A stretch of DNA of 64,000 nucleotides from Bdellovibrionales bacterium (GCA_965262715.1 OZ253553.1:1760001-1824000); one strand, 5' to 3'. Shown: positions 17,346 to 28,485, counted from the first letter of the stretch. A program made the numbers and translations. Notes: a model not told the origin generated them from the sequence alone.

Positions 17346-18308
17346 TCACTGAAATAAAGAACTAATAGATTTATTTTTATTAAGTCGATCTATTGCTTCT
17401 GCCAAAACTGAAGCAATAGAAATAACTTTTAATTTCTGACAATGTTTTATATTTTTCATTTGTGGTATAGTGTCTGTCACCCAGACCTCTTTTATATCAC
17501 TTTTTTCTAAACGTTCAATAGCAGGACCAGATAAAACTCCGTGAGCTGCTATAGCAATAACCTGCTTTGCGCCATTTTTCAATATGCAATTTACAGATTC
17601 TACGAGTGTTCCTGCTGTGTCAATCATATCATCTACAATGATAGCTGTCTTGCCTTTAACCTCTCCAATTAAATGATAGGCTTTTGTCTGGTTAGGTTGT
17701 GTTCTACGCTTATCAATGATTGCAATAGGAGCATCAAGCTGTTTAGCAAAAATACGTACTCTTTCGACGCCACCAGCATCAGGGCTGACTACAACACAAT
17801 TTGAATGTGTATCATTTTGATTCTTCCACTGTCTTGCTAGGGTAGGGGTTGAAAAAAGATGATCAAAAGGAATGTTGAAAAATCCTTGGATCTGTGCTGC
17901 ATGAAGATCTAAGGCCATCACACGGTTAGCACCAGCAGTTGAAAGCAAATCGGCCATCAATTTTGCTGAAATTGGAGCCCTAGGAGATGCTTTTCTATCC
18001 TGTCTAGCATAACCATAGTAAGGGATAACAGCTGTTATGCGAGCTGCTGAAGCTCTCTTTAAGGCGTCCATAAGAACAAAAAGTTCCATAGCATTTTCAT
18101 TAACAGGAGGGCAAGTGCTCTGAATCACAAATACATCCTGGCCCCGAATATGGTCGTGAATATCAACACGGACCTCTCCATCAACAAAACGATTCACATT
18201 GCAATGACCTAATGAATGACCAATGTGATCAGCAATATCCTGAGCAAGTTTTGGATTAGAGTTTCCTGCAAAGATTTTTAATTCCGTATTCTTCAAAGTG
18301 CCTCCCAC
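17346..18308 (-). CDS. prs: Ribose-phosphate pyrophosphokinase
   Basis: IFAGNSN, PYYGYARQDRK, SPDAGG, VDDMIDTAGT. Confidence 0.98.
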   Translation of the reverse strand: MGGTLKNTELKIFAGNSNPKLAQDIADHIGHSLGHCNVNRFVDGEVRVDIHDHIRGQDVFVIQSTCPPVNENAMELFVLMDALKRASAARITAVIPYYGYARQDRKASPRAPISAKLMADLLSTAGANRVMALDLHAAQIQGFFNIPFDHLFSTPTLARQWKNQNDTHSNCVVVSPDAGGVERVRIFAKQLDAPIAIIDKRRTQPNQTKAYHLIGEVKGKTAIIVDDMIDTAGTLVESVNCILKNGAKQVIAIAAHGVLSGPAIERLEKSDIKEVWVTDTIPQMKNIKHCQKLKVISIASVLAEAIDRLNKNKSISSLFQ

Positions 18309-18496
18309 TGACTTATCGCTAAGGAGTTTTTTTAAAAACCAGAGTGATTTTTTGACAATAATGTAGTTTAGGTAACTCGAACAAGAAGATAAATCAATAA
18401 CTTTTTGAGTATAGACATGTATGCTTCAGCCTTTTTTAGAGAGTAATAATATGGAAGCTATAGATTTTATTTTATAAAAAAATTGAAAGTGCTGAT

Positions 18497-18961
18497 TTAT
18501 TTACGACCTGATCTCATCTTAGATTGTATTCTAGAGATCAGACTTACAGCCATTTTTTCATGAACTTCACACATTTTAAGCTCATCCCTGCGGTAGGACT
18601 GTTGGCTAGGAGTTAAAGTGCCCATCTCAAGCTCCCACTCATAATCTAACTTATGAGATCTAATGTCACTTAATTCTTTTTTCTGTTGTTTAAGAAGAGT
18701 CTGGGTTGCACTCAAAGGAGCAATCTCTAACCACTCCTGCTTTCCCTTATACCAGTTGATCATACGGTAAAAACGAGCTTTGTTTTTAGCTAAAGTGAAT
18801 TGAGGGTAGTCCTCTTCATCTAATGATAAAATGTTTTCATGTTTCCAAAGTTCTTGGGTGTCAGAGGCGTCTTCCCAAGGCTTTTTACGTTCCCATGGCT
18901 TAAGCTTCTTTACAGATTCTTTTTTAGAAGTTTTTTCAAAACTTTGCATTTTTATATCCAT
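18497..18961 (-). CDS. Hypothetical protein
   Basis: 154-aa ORF with gene-like composition and no recognised motif. Confidence 0.65.
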   Translation of the reverse strand: MDIKMQSFEKTSKKESVKKLKPWERKKPWEDASDTQELWKHENILSLDEEDYPQFTLAKNKARFYRMINWYKGKQEWLEIAPLSATQTLLKQQKKELSDIRSHKLDYEWELEMGTLTPSQQSYRRDELKMCEVHEKMAVSLISRIQSKMRSGRK

Positions 18962-19580
18962 ACTTTTTTACTTTCTTAACTTACACTCTTACATTAAGAG
19001 TACATATAAAGTCAAATCCTCTTTATGCAGTGAGCTACAACTCAAAGCACTCATTATTAAACATGTCGTGTATAATTCATTTTAACTTCTATAAATGACC
19101 TTGTTGCGTGAACACTTGTTGTGTATGAAGATTGCCGCTAATAGTTTGAAACTAATGCCTCGATACGAGTGCTTTGTGACAGACTTCTTAATTTGGCTTA
19201 GTAAGTAGCTTATAAGACATAGGTTTTAAAAGAAACTTTTCTATAAATAAAATCATTGAATTTGCAATAAATACAATATTCGCAAATCCCTCTTTATTAC
19301 CTCTAAAAACCTGTCGCAAGCTACTAATAATAACTTCAATATATAGCATAAAGCTAATGTTTATACAGTGACACTATACCAAACTATCTGCCTAGAACAA
19401 AGATAAATAAACAAAATTGTCAAATTTATAAGGAAGTTTTTCAAAAGCTTCACTTTTTTACAAGGTCTTTATAAGATAATATATTATAAGTACATAAAAT
19501 TATAAATATTTCATAGTTGGTTATTGTAAACCATATATAAATTATAAGGTGTAAGAAATAAGAAGTGAAAGGCAAGTTTA

Positions 19581-21371
19581 TTGGATACTATACTCTTTAA
19601 TTTTTTAATATTTACTGTTGCGTCTGTCGTTTTTGTCCCTCTTTTTAGAAAGCTGCAAATGGGAGCTATTATTGGCTACATGTTTGCTGGCGTTGTTATT
19701 GGTCCTTATTTGACAGGCTTAATCACTGATACAGAACTGATCATGCATTTTTCAGAACTAGGGTTAGTTTTTCTTTGGTTTTTTATTGGATTAGAAATAA
19801 CACCTGCTCGTATTTGGAGACTAAGGCGATGGATCTTAGGTTTAGGACTTTCTCAAGTCGTTGTTACTGGGCTTATATTTACAATTATTGCTAAGCTTTT
19901 AGGTTGGACTGTAGGAGCATCCTATGTCATAGGTTTTGGGCTAGCTTTATCATCTACAGCCTTCGCCTTGCAACTACTCAAAGAACATCACCAATTTGAT
20001 ACAACTCATGGACAAGGATCTTTTTCTATCCTTATGTTTCAAGACCTAGCTATCCTTCCTCTCCTTGCTTCTCTCTCGTTTTTTACCGATGGCCAATTTG
20101 CTTTTCCTACTATAACCAACTTACTACAAATCATAGTTATTATTGCCATTTTGATACTTATAGAGCAATATGTGATCCGTCATGTTCTGCATCTTGTCGT
20201 TGAAAGTCAAACACATGAAGTGTTTACCGCTATGTCTCTTTTATTAGTTATAGGCGCGGCTTTGCTTTTTCAAGCTGTTGGATTGCACATGGGTATGGGA
20301 GCCTTCTTGGCAGGGTTGCTGCTTACAAAATCAGAATACAAACATGAATTTGAAATCAATCTGCTACCCTTTAAAGGTCTGTTAATGGGGCTTTTCTTTA
20401 TTTCTGTTGGAATGTCATTGAATCTTCACGTTCTCCTTACATCATGGCACGTAGTGATACTTATCACATTGGGTTTTATGATATGTAAAGGTCTTATTAT
20501 TTTTGTATTGGGTCATCTCTTTCGTTTTCCAAAGCAAGCAACACAAAATATGACATTTACTCTGTCGCAAGCTGGTGAGTTTTCCTTTATTCTTTTTAGT
20601 TCAGCTGTCAGTACAGGTATTATGGACATAGAGTCTAGCTCTCTATTCACAGCTTCTGTTATTATAAGTATGGCTATCACTCCATTTATATTTGCTTTTA
20701 ATCAAAAATATCTCCCAATTGATGAAGCCTCACAATCTGATCTGAAAACTGTAAAAAATAAAACAGAAAAACTCAGTAGAGAAAAAGAAGCAGAAATTAT
20801 TATTGCTGGGTTTGGTCGTTTTGGACAAACTATAAGTCGAGTTCTAAAAATGGAAGGTATCAGGCACATTATTTTAGAACATAGTGCTTCCCAAGTAAAA
20901 GCAGCTCGTAAATTCAATAATGAGGTCTACTATGGTGATGCTTCAAGAGCAGATATTTTAAAATCTGCAGGAGGAGATCGTGCAAAGATTTTTGTCCTTG
21001 CGATTGATGATGTAGACAAGTCTCTTGAGACGGCACAGATGGTGCGCCAAAACTTTCCGGATATTAAGATCGTAGCCAGAGCTCGCCATAGAAGACATGC
21101 TATGGATTTGTTGAAACTGGGTATATCTATTGTACATCGAGAAATTTATTTCAGTGGATTGGAAATGGCTAGAGAGGTTTTGCTTCTTAAAGGGAAAAGT
21201 GATTCTCTTATTAATTATAGATTAGATAAGTTTCGTCAGTATGATGAAAAGATTTTACAAAAACAAATGCATGTAAAAGACGAAGAAAAATTCATGTCAT
21301 TGACTCATCAGATGAATCAAGACCTGATCAAACTTTTAGAAGAGGATGAAAAAAATCAAGATAAAAAATAA
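19581..21371 (+). CDS. CPA2-family K+/H+ antiporter with TrkA-N (KTN) domain, KefB/KefC-like
   Basis: Multiple TM segments, LALSST, LMFQD, PFKGLLMGLFFISVG, QAGEF, IAGFGRFGQ, YGDA. Confidence 0.92.
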   Translation: MDTILFNFLIFTVASVVFVPLFRKLQMGAIIGYMFAGVVIGPYLTGLITDTELIMHFSELGLVFLWFFIGLEITPARIWRLRRWILGLGLSQVVVTGLIFTIIAKLLGWTVGASYVIGFGLALSSTAFALQLLKEHHQFDTTHGQGSFSILMFQDLAILPLLASLSFFTDGQFAFPTITNLLQIIVIIAILILIEQYVIRHVLHLVVESQTHEVFTAMSLLLVIGAALLFQAVGLHMGMGAFLAGLLLTKSEYKHEFEINLLPFKGLLMGLFFISVGMSLNLHVLLTSWHVVILITLGFMICKGLIIFVLGHLFRFPKQATQNMTFTLSQAGEFSFILFSSAVSTGIMDIESSSLFTASVIISMAITPFIFAFNQKYLPIDEASQSDLKTVKNKTEKLSREKEAEIIIAGFGRFGQTISRVLKMEGIRHIILEHSASQVKAARKFNNEVYYGDASRADILKSAGGDRAKIFVLAIDDVDKSLETAQMVRQNFPDIKIVARARHRRHAMDLLKLGISIVHREIYFSGLEMAREVLLLKGKSDSLINYRLDKFRQYDEKILQKQMHVKDEEKFMSLTHQMNQDLIKLLEEDEKNQDKK

Positions 21372-21523
21372 TATTTTTAAAAGCTTAAGTTTGTTTTAGC
21401 AATTAAAAGCTATCTCAGAACTAGAGTTTCATAATACTGGGGAGTTTGAATTGCAAAATATTTTTTTATAAGAAGGGTTCTGCTCACAGATGTTTAATAA
21501 AGATATAGAAAAATAAGAGGGAA

Positions 21524-23299
21524 ATGATGTCATCTGCAATCTATGGATTTACTTTATCAATATTGTTAATACTTTTCTCTTGGATATGGTTGCAGACAGA
21601 TTCAGATGAGAATGTCCAAAAACAACAAGTAAAGCTTTGGGGTGAAATTTATGAAAGAGAAAACCAAGTCTATATCAATACAGGCCCTCAATCTTTTTGG
21701 CAGATTGCTAGAGCAAGAACGCCATTATCTTCTGAAAAAGTGCAGGTGCAAGCTTTAAACACAGCTTTTTTATCTATTCTTTTGCAAAAAAAAGGAAGAC
21801 TAGAGATCAGTGAAAATTCTCATATAGTGGTTCATATTGTACAAAATAGAAAGAAGAACTTTATTTGTGAGATAGAGCTTATAGAAGGCGATATGTATAT
21901 GAGTTTCTTCGGACAAGAAGAGCATCTGTGTCATTTGATATGGAGAGGGCAAAAGGTCGCTTCTTTAAAGAATGCAGATATCACAATTAGCAGAAGTCAA
22001 TCACAGATGAATGTTCATGCTCATCGAGGATTGGTCACATTTGCTGATCTGGATAAGGAACTATCTAATGGTATGTGGGCAAGAGTTGGGCCTGAAGGCA
22101 CACAATTATTTGAAAATGACTTTTTTATACTAACTCCACTTGCTAACGACAAAGTCTACCAATCTGAAAAAGGTAGGGTTCGATTTAAATGGGCGCATAC
22201 TCCGAAAAATTCTCAATTGCAATTGTTTGTAGGAAGTAAAAAAAATAATCTAAAACCTGTGTGGAAGGTTCCTGTACCTGCAGATAGGGATCAAGGGTAT
22301 TTCAAATTTCCTTTAGGCACTTATTATTGGCAATTAGTAGCTCGTCAAAGTCAAAAACAATACAAATCCCAGATATATAAAATTTTTATTAGACCTCAGA
22401 TACATCCTATTTTGGTATTTCCGAGTCTTGGGTCTACTAGGTTTGTAAGTCGTGGTCAAAAGGAAATGTATCGATTTGCTTGGTTGAATCAATCTCGTCT
22501 TGAGAATCTTTTTATTGAAATTGCTAAAGATATTAACTTTTCAACAATTGTATTTAAAAAGCCTGTTGGAGAATTTGGATTTATAGAGTTTCTAAACACA
22601 TTCCCAGAGGGTCAATATTTTTGGAGAGTCAGTGGATTTCGGCATAACTCTTCAGAGCTTCTAAAAAGTCATGTAAGGCATTTTTTTGTTACAGGTCAAA
22701 ACACTGAGTTTAAAAAAATTCAGTCGTGGCCAAGGGATAGAGAAAGGGTCCATTGGTGGGATTTGCATTGGAAAGAATCTAAGTTTATATGGGATGCTTT
22801 TTACGGATTTCAAAATGTCCGTATAAGTATTACAGACTTGAACTCTCAGTTTGTACAGTATTTTCTAGTAGATATCAGTAAAAATCGCATGGATATTCCT
22901 TTATTGAATGTAGGTTTGTATGAGTGGAAACTGCAAGGTAAAAGCCAAGCAGACAAAGATTTGTGGATAAATATCACTGAACCTAAGAGGATAACAGTGA
23001 CGGCAAGTCCTTCTATTGATTGGCAGAGGATTATAAATAGACGACTTTTTTGGACTGATGGACCAGATAGTACGGACCACTACATGATCCGTATTCGTCA
23101 ATATCAAATCCTTGCAGGTTCTAAATCCTCTCAGATTGTTATTAGAAAAGTAAGACATAACCGTTGGACTGTTCCGCCTGCATTTACTGGTTTTATTTCT
23201 GTCAAGGTTATGGCAATGGATCATAATAACCAAATCATAGCACTTTCACCAGAAAAAGATTTTGTTTTTGAGGCTCTTAATACTTCTTTACAAGAATAG
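21524..23299 (+). CDS. Membrane-anchored beta-rich protein (FecR-like N-terminus plus Ig/Fn3-like repeats)
   Basis: N-terminal TM segment, LEISENS..I FecR-like segment, repeated GxYYW motifs. Confidence 0.55.
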   Translation: MMSSAIYGFTLSILLILFSWIWLQTDSDENVQKQQVKLWGEIYERENQVYINTGPQSFWQIARARTPLSSEKVQVQALNTAFLSILLQKKGRLEISENSHIVVHIVQNRKKNFICEIELIEGDMYMSFFGQEEHLCHLIWRGQKVASLKNADITISRSQSQMNVHAHRGLVTFADLDKELSNGMWARVGPEGTQLFENDFFILTPLANDKVYQSEKGRVRFKWAHTPKNSQLQLFVGSKKNNLKPVWKVPVPADRDQGYFKFPLGTYYWQLVARQSQKQYKSQIYKIFIRPQIHPILVFPSLGSTRFVSRGQKEMYRFAWLNQSRLENLFIEIAKDINFSTIVFKKPVGEFGFIEFLNTFPEGQYFWRVSGFRHNSSELLKSHVRHFFVTGQNTEFKKIQSWPRDRERVHWWDLHWKESKFIWDAFYGFQNVRISITDLNSQFVQYFLVDISKNRMDIPLLNVGLYEWKLQGKSQADKDLWINITEPKRITVTASPSIDWQRIINRRLFWTDGPDSTDHYMIRIRQYQILAGSKSSQIVIRKVRHNRWTVPPAFTGFISVKVMAMDHNNQIIALSPEKDFVFEALNTSLQE

Positions 23300-23378
23300 T
23301 TTTCTTCGGCGTTGTTGCAGAAGGATTTAGCTAGAGAGATATTGTTGAGTATTTTTTATATTTTTGCAATTAAGTTAT

Positions 23379-24287
23379 TTAGGTTATGATGGAGTTAGGA
23401 GTTTTCATTTGATTAAGGATTTTAGATTTAATAAATACTTCATTTGCTTGACGTTTAAACTCTCTAGAAGATAATTTATCCCCTAATAAAGTTTTGAATC
23501 TATACATAGCTGTTTCTGATATGGATCTTCGATGATAGTTATTTTTTTCTTTCCACTGTTTTTTTCCAATTCTTCTAATTTCTCTAATATGAAGATCTCT
23601 AGGAGTAGGTGATCCTCTACAATTGCCATGCTTCTGAATAACTGCTGTCTTCCTGAGTGGAACAACAAGCTTTATACCTTTAGCTTCTGATATAATATAG
23701 CAATTCTTAGAATCATAAGCCCCATCAGCAGATACTTGGCTTATTGAATCATCAATACCTGTGATAAGCTCTTCAAATAACTCACTATCTTTAAAAGAAC
23801 TATTGCTCAATGCCACTGACTTAACATCAGAATTAGACTCATCTACTGTTAAATGCAGCTTCTTCCATGTCCTTCTCTTAGAATAACCATGTTGACGAGT
23901 TTTCCACTCTCCTTCTCTGTAAACTTTAAGACCTGTTGAATCAATGACTATATGAAGACTTTTTTTAGAAGATAGCTTCTTTTGTAGTTTTACAGGTAGC
24001 TTCTGTAATCCTCTACAAAGAGTCGTATAGTTAGGTATCTCTATATCAAGACACATTAATTCAACTAGTGATCTAGCAAAACCTTCTGTAGATCTCAATC
24101 TTAAACCAAAGACAGATCTTAATGTATTAAGAGTTTCAATAGCTCTATCAGAGTAAACTTGTTGACACCCTTGCTTTAAAGAGCGTTTTGCATACCAAGA
24201 TTTAACGATATCTGCTGAAAACCAAAAAGTGATTTGACCTCTATTGACCAGAGACTTATTATAAAGACTCCAATTAATCTTACTCAT
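23379..24287 (-). CDS. IS903-group DDE transposase
   Basis: NWSLYNKSLVNRG, PNYTTLC, IDSTGLK, RRTWKKLH, ADGAYD, YHRRSISETAMYRFK. Confidence 0.95.
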   Translation of the reverse strand: MSKINWSLYNKSLVNRGQITFWFSADIVKSWYAKRSLKQGCQQVYSDRAIETLNTLRSVFGLRLRSTEGFARSLVELMCLDIEIPNYTTLCRGLQKLPVKLQKKLSSKKSLHIVIDSTGLKVYREGEWKTRQHGYSKRRTWKKLHLTVDESNSDVKSVALSNSSFKDSELFEELITGIDDSISQVSADGAYDSKNCYIISEAKGIKLVVPLRKTAVIQKHGNCRGSPTPRDLHIREIRRIGKKQWKEKNNYHRRSISETAMYRFKTLLGDKLSSREFKRQANEVFIKSKILNQMKTPNSIIT

Positions 24288-24412
24288 CTCTGACTCCTTT
24301 ATCTGGAAATTGGGGAACTTAGTGATGGGTAAATTTTATAATCACTAAAACTAAAAAATCAAAATAATAGATATATTAAATCAATAAACAAAGTTTATTG
24401 CATAAACATGTA

Positions 24413-24570
24413 AGAGAATTATGGCAGGCTTCTGGAATAGGATTAGGCCAGTGCCTTAGGGAATAAATATTCCTTAAAGTATCTTATTCTATAATAAAAT
24501 CTTAAAGTGAAAGCAATACAAGGCGCGGGGGTTGCCTAGAGCCTATGGAAGATGCCTGCCATAATTCTCT
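24413..24570. repeat. Family B hairpin element inside the IS903-like end
   Basis: AGAGAATTATGGCAGGC...GGCCAGTGCC...GGCGCGGGGGTTGCC...GCCTGCCATAATTCTCT. Confidence 0.88.
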
Positions 24571-24619
24571 AATCTTTTATATACTTCCTTAAATCTTTCT
24601 GCAACAAAGCCATACAAAA

Positions 24620-24951
24620 CTAGTAGCGGTCTCAAAAATAAAAGTTTAATAAATATTGCCAGAAATTCATAACTTTATCTAACTATAATATATCTCTGTG
24701 TTCACCTTCGTCTATAAACGTTTGTACCTATTACCTCTAATTTCTTATATAAAAGGGCTGTCTTCCTCAAAATGAATCACGCCGCTGGCGTGCTTTCTGG
24801 CACTGATCCGATGGTGAAAAACCATCGGATCAGTACCTAGAAAGCCTATTCATTTTGAGTAGAAGCCATCTCATGGGCTGTTTTGTATAATGCAAAACTG
24901 GTATCTTTTTTAAAACTGTTATCTCTAGTAGCATTTTTGAGATGGCTTCTA
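24620..24951. repeat. Composite of family D terminal repeats and a family A element (24757-24860)
   Basis: TAGTAGCGGTCTCAAAAAT; CTCAAAATGAAT...ATTCATTTTGAG enclosing a perfect CTGATCCGATGGT hairpin; TAGAAGCCATCTCA...TGAGATGGCTTCTA. Confidence 0.75.
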
Positions 24952-25145
24952 TTATTGTCATTTCTTTCTTATTGTCTCAATCAAAATAAATAACATGCCA
25001 AAGAGAGACCTTTTTTGTCTGTATTTCAGTAAAATAAACACTTTGATATCCCAAAACCCATTTTTAAGGGTTTTCATGAGTTTCAATTTGGCACGAAATG
25101 TGAATTTAAAAAGTGTAACAGGAAAAATTAAAAAAGGAATATCTT

Positions 25146-25928
25146 ATGAAAAAGCTTATGAAAAAAATAATGACGAAACAAATATGGATGTTTATTGTGA
25201 CTGTTTTTAGTGTGTTCACTCTATTTTCTTTATCTATAGGTTGCTCGCAACAATCACAGTGGCAAAATAGGGCTTATCCCCCAGGGGCTCAGGTTCCAGG
25301 AGGATATTTTCCACAAGGTGGTGGCCAAGGCCCATATTATAACCCTTCTCTCTATTTATCTACATTTGATTCTGTAAGTATAAGAGATACAGAGGCTTAT
25401 GGTCGCTTTTTAGAAGAGGTGATGAATCTCTGTCGTCAAAACCGGTTTAATGGAGCGTATGGAGAATGGCATGGTGGTGGATCATTTGGAAGCTCTATTA
25501 GCTCTTGTGGATGGGCAACACAAAACTACACTCAATTTGCTGTGGATTTATCTATGGATATTGACCCACAACAAAACTCGCCAGTTGATATAGAATTCTT
25601 TGTCGGATACCAAGGTGGGTTTAATGGTACTCAATGGATATCCTCGTCATCTACACAATGGGGTTCTGTTACTGGAGAACTAAGGTTTGAAGAAGATGGT
25701 GATTTTAGAATTCTTTATAGACCTGTAGGTAATAGTCAATCTAGAATCACTATCCGTGTGAATGGATCACTTGAGGATCTTCAAAATAATAGGCGTGATC
25801 TCTCAGTGAGTATAGAATATGGTGGTGATGAGATAGGAAAAGGTAGAACTTCTATTGTTGATCCATCAGATAATGATTATTATGATGAATATTCTTATTC
25901 TAACTATCACAGCCCTTATGGATACTAG
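25146..25928 (+). CDS. Putative lipoprotein
   Basis: Hydrophobic signal ending LSIGC lipobox; Gly/Gln/Tyr-rich segments. Confidence 0.65.
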   Translation: MKKLMKKIMTKQIWMFIVTVFSVFTLFSLSIGCSQQSQWQNRAYPPGAQVPGGYFPQGGGQGPYYNPSLYLSTFDSVSIRDTEAYGRFLEEVMNLCRQNRFNGAYGEWHGGGSFGSSISSCGWATQNYTQFAVDLSMDIDPQQNSPVDIEFFVGYQGGFNGTQWISSSSTQWGSVTGELRFEEDGDFRILYRPVGNSQSRITIRVNGSLEDLQNNRRDLSVSIEYGGDEIGKGRTSIVDPSDNDYYDEYSYSNYHSPYGY

Positions 25929-26271
25929 AAGCCATCTCAAAGATACATGATAGCAGTAAATAATACGAAATTCCAAAACACAAAACATAATATAACTAAA
26001 GATGGCTTCTTACTCAAAATGGACAGATTTGACGAGAGCCACGATAGTGGCCCTGCGGAAGCCGGAAGGGCCTATTACCCTTCGAGTTCAATGCTTCGAT
26101 TTGCAAGCACTTTATTTGAATGCAAAAATAATTAAGAAATGATAATAGCCAATGATAAGAATGGGAAGAGGCTCGCCTCGAGAGGCTTGCGTCGAGAGGC
26201 TGGTCTATTTTTAGGGAAACAGCTTATTTTGAAAATGTGGACATTAAGAATTAATTTTGAGATGAGTTCTA
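25926..26271. repeat. Family D terminal repeats enclosing a family A element (26012-26223)
   Basis: TAGAAGCCATCTCAAAG at the gene stop ... TTTTGAGATGAGTTCTA; the inner element ends GCCTCGAGAGGC...TTTTTAGGGAAACAGC. Confidence 0.75.
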
Positions 26272-26634
26272 ATAAACGGACTTATTCCATAAATACTCTA
26301 TTAAACTCTTAAAGCGCATAAAACTACTTTCCAATTTATGAAAGATACTAGTTTAGGTGTTTTGGGGTTTATAGGCCTTTACTTGTTGATCTTACTTTTC
26401 TTATTATCATTTTTGCAGGCATTTTCACTGATGCCATAATTTAACTCAAAAAAGGCTGAATATGAGCATTGATAGTGTGATGTATCATTTTTTTGTAAAA
26501 ATCCTAAAAATATGCATTTTTTATTTGACGGATAACACTAATATCCTTTCTTATCTAAGAATGAAACTACTGTAATAAAAAGGACAGTATAAACTTATAA
26601 TAAATTTAAACCTTAACACAAGGAGGATCGTGTT

Positions 26635-26907
26635 ATGAATAAAGCAGAACTAGTTGAAAAAGTTGCTAAAGGATGTGAACTACCTAAGGCTCATGTTGAG
26701 CGGGTATTGGAAACAACTATAGAAACTATTAGAAAATCTGTGAAGCGAGGTAATGAGGTTAAACTTATTGGTTTTGGTACTTTTGCTAAATCTAAGCGTA
26801 AAGCTCGTACAGGCCGTAATCCACAGACTGGACAAGCTATTAAGATACCAGCATCTTGGTATCCTAAGTTTCGCCCAGGAAGTGAATTTAAGCATTTATT
26901 AAACTAA
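26635..26907 (+). CDS. hup: DNA-binding protein HU
   Basis: MNKAELV, LIGFGTF, ARTGRNPQTG, PKFRPG; AAGGAGG Shine-Dalgarno. Confidence 0.96.
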   Translation: MNKAELVEKVAKGCELPKAHVERVLETTIETIRKSVKRGNEVKLIGFGTFAKSKRKARTGRNPQTGQAIKIPASWYPKFRPGSEFKHLLN

Positions 26908-26928
26908 GTTAAAATTTATATTCGTTCT

Positions 26929-26968
26929 AATAAGATAGGGGCTTATATTTACTAGCCCCTATTTTATT
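26929..26968 (+). terminator. Rho-independent terminator after HU
   Basis: ATAGGGGCT / AGCCCCTAT stem followed by a T run. Confidence 0.7.
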
Positions 26969-27117
26969 AATAAGCTGGAGATATCGGTTAGAATTAAATT
27001 TTGTAATAATAGATTGTGATATTGGATTCTACAAAGTATCTTCCAATTTTGATAAGCGATTTCTGGTCAAAAAGTAATACTGCAAGAAATAATGAGTGAA
27101 TGGTATGGAGATAAAAC

Positions 27118-27663
27118 ATGAGAGAGGATATATTAAAAAAGCAAACGAAGAGTAAAAATATTATTCATAAGAAAGCTCAAATAAAAACTATAATGAATAA
27201 AAATCATTTAAGAAGTAAGCAGCAAAACATATCTATTCAAACACAAGAAGTCACTCGTGAGATAAGAGGAGTCAGTAGGAGAATTAAAAAAATATCTGTA
27301 GAAAATTATTGGGGAGAGCTTATTGATAGCTTAGCACATCATGCGTTAATTCCTCTTTTACATGAACAAGACATCTTTTTGAACAAAGCTTGGACTCATT
27401 GTAGAGATAGAAGTACAAATAACCATTGGCAGGTTGATATATTGGCGCATTCTGATACAGAGATGGTGGCTGTGAATTTTTACCCATTTTTAGAGAAAAA
27501 AGATGTAGATAATTTTATAGAAACTATAAAAAAATTTAAAAAATGGTCTTTACTTTCTTCTGGAAAAACTCTGTATGGAGCAGTCGCATATATAAAAACT
27601 TTTAAAAAAGTAGCTGTTTATGCAGAAGATCAAGGCTTATTTGTAATTGGTGTTCCAGGTTAA
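27118..27663 (+). CDS. DUF3782/PD-(D/E)XK-fold-like protein
   Basis: Coiled-coil N-terminus, WGELID, VDIL, LYGAVAY...YAEDQGLFVI C-terminal pattern. Confidence 0.55.
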   Translation: MREDILKKQTKSKNIIHKKAQIKTIMNKNHLRSKQQNISIQTQEVTREIRGVSRRIKKISVENYWGELIDSLAHHALIPLLHEQDIFLNKAWTHCRDRSTNNHWQVDILAHSDTEMVAVNFYPFLEKKDVDNFIETIKKFKKWSLLSSGKTLYGAVAYIKTFKKVAVYAEDQGLFVIGVPG

Positions 27664-27670
27664 GTCTATA

Positions 27671-28317
27671 TGGAAGCTATCTCAAAAATAAATATTTGCA
27701 TTTATTTCATTTCCCTAAAAATAAACCTACCTCTCGAGGCGAACTTCTAGCAGTTTTTGGGTAGTCAGCATGAAGGCTCACGCTACGGGATGTATCCTCT
27801 TCAGTAAAAAGCTGACTACCTCAAAAATCCGTTTATTTTTTAGGATGGAGATACTGCTTGTTCTTTACATCATGTTAAGGAAAATATTTTTATTTCTTTT
27901 TTCCTCCTACGCCACTAGCGGCCACTGCCTTATGGCTCAAGGTAAAGGAGGAAAATTTTATTATATTAGCCTTGGCTTTCTTAGTTTGGACATAATTCAA
28001 ATGATTTCCTTAACATGGTATAAAAGAATGAGGATTATCTTCTTATTCAAAATGAACAGGTTTTCTAGGAAATGACTTATTTGTCGAGGGTGTTAGCCGT
28101 CGCAGTCATTGCCAGAAAATGGCCAGAGGCCCGCCTCGAGAGGCCAGTTCATTTTGAATGAACAGCTCAAGCTATATGAATATGATAAGTCATGTTGACT
28201 TAGCAAAACAGGCAGATCAACTAGGAGCTTATTTATATAAGCTATGTCAAAATACTTAAGTCTTATTTGAGTTTTACTTTATTTATAGGACAAACAAGAT
28301 TTTTGAGATGGCTTCTA
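27671..28317. repeat. Composite element: family D terminal repeats enclosing two inverted family A elements (27709-27885, 28003-28166) and a central hairpin
   Basis: TGGAAGCTATCTCAAAAAT...TTTTGAGATGGCTTCTA; inner CCTAAAAATAAAC and TTCAAAATGAAC stems; TTTTCCTCCT...AGGAGGAAAA hairpin at ~27899-27955. Confidence 0.75.
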
Positions 28318-28485
28318 GTTATATTTCATAAAATTCACCTTTTTGCATTTTTTATCATTTTATGCTTTAATATCTTGATACACGTCATATATTTTAAGGG
28401 AGCAAAGAAAAATAATTGAGGCGTGTTTTTATAACTTTGGCCTTAAAATTCAAGTCATATCAGGTAAAATACCTTCAATAATTTA

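Larger units (their letters stand above)
23308..24611 (-). mobile_element. IS5-family (IS903 group) insertion sequence
   Basis: Terminal IRs GGCGTTGTTGCAGAAGGATTTA / TAAATCTTTCTGCAACAAAGCC enclose the transposase; no 9-bp TSD visible. Confidence 0.9.

Noticed and set aside
19097..19330. Possible ncRNA in the long intergenic region before the Kef gene
   Set aside because: No recognisable RNA motif; only an IS903-like end (GACCTTGTTGC), as at 38317
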